From Raillietiella orientalis (Eukaryota), in assembly GCA_036172245.1 (NCBI GenBank), contig JAYWIR010000032.1, forward strand, positions 1,984,001-2,048,000: DNA of 64,000 nt, given 5' to 3'. The notes below the pieces were generated by a model. It searched no databases. It had not been told where the DNA came from and saw only the letters and a program-made list of their open reading frames with translations. This document shows, in pieces, positions 63,655-64,000 of the stretch (position 1 is its first letter; each line of letters begins with the position of its first letter). Made by a program: the position numbers and the translations under genes.

Positions 63655-64000
63655 TCAGATGTATACGTAAATTCATATGTAGATTAGTGCATTCATTAAT
63701 ATAGGAAGATTATGAAAAATAAATATGTATGCCTACTATGTATAGATTTCCGTATAGAGTCGTGGATGGATACATATATATTATCAAGATAGGAAAATTA
63801 ATTCATAAATTTATCTATATATTAAAGATTATAAAAATAAATGTACCTTATTATCATGTATATTAATATATATTTATACGTAGATTGCTATACATATGTT
63901 GACATGCATATTATTAATAACATGCATCAATATATATCACTGATACATATTAGAAAGATTATAAAAACCAATATACGTTCATCACATATATTGATGTATA
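63655..64000. repeat. AT-rich region with a degenerate ~120-130-bp periodicity
   Basis: AAGATTAT(G)AAAAA recurs near 63706, 63825 and 63956. Confidence 0.6.

Overview
This is eukaryotic genomic DNA, most consistent with an arthropod (inferred from retroelement families and GT-AG exons; the species cannot be determined). Most long ORFs in the supplied track are GC-rich or low-complexity shadows. One apparently intact spliced gene lies on the minus strand (coding exons 16098-16550, 12630-12869, 12283-12558) and encodes a ~322-aa LURAP/FAM89-type leucine-repeat adaptor ending in EVFV*. It sits in a CpG-rich domain (~9.5-30.8 kb) with no retroelement I could recognise. Decayed host-gene copies: an intronless NEK6/7-like kinase pseudogene (~0.5-1.1 kb), a probable RASSF1/3/5-like relic (~22.9-23.5 kb) and a possible MATH-domain relic (~63.2-63.6 kb). 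Mobile DNA: one dead R2-superfamily (NeSL/Utopia-like) RT, about nine 5'-truncated, disabled Tx1/L1-clade ORF2 3' fragments, a four-copy ~0.6 kb repeat module of unknown origin ('module P'), and two tRNA-derived SINE-like heads. The most unusual observations are (i) a twice-repeated composite of SINE head, antisense Tx1 3' end and module P sharing one junction, (ii) a candidate ~85-bp target-site duplication, (iii) a ~350-bp near-identical inverted repeat whose inner ends both lie next to Tx1 3' ends, beside a template-switch palindrome, and (iv) an 857-bp near-identical tract shared by two otherwise diverged dead elements. All family calls and identity estimates come from manual translation and alignment, not database searches. 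Element boundaries are approximate. No CRISPR array, rRNA or intact tRNA was found.
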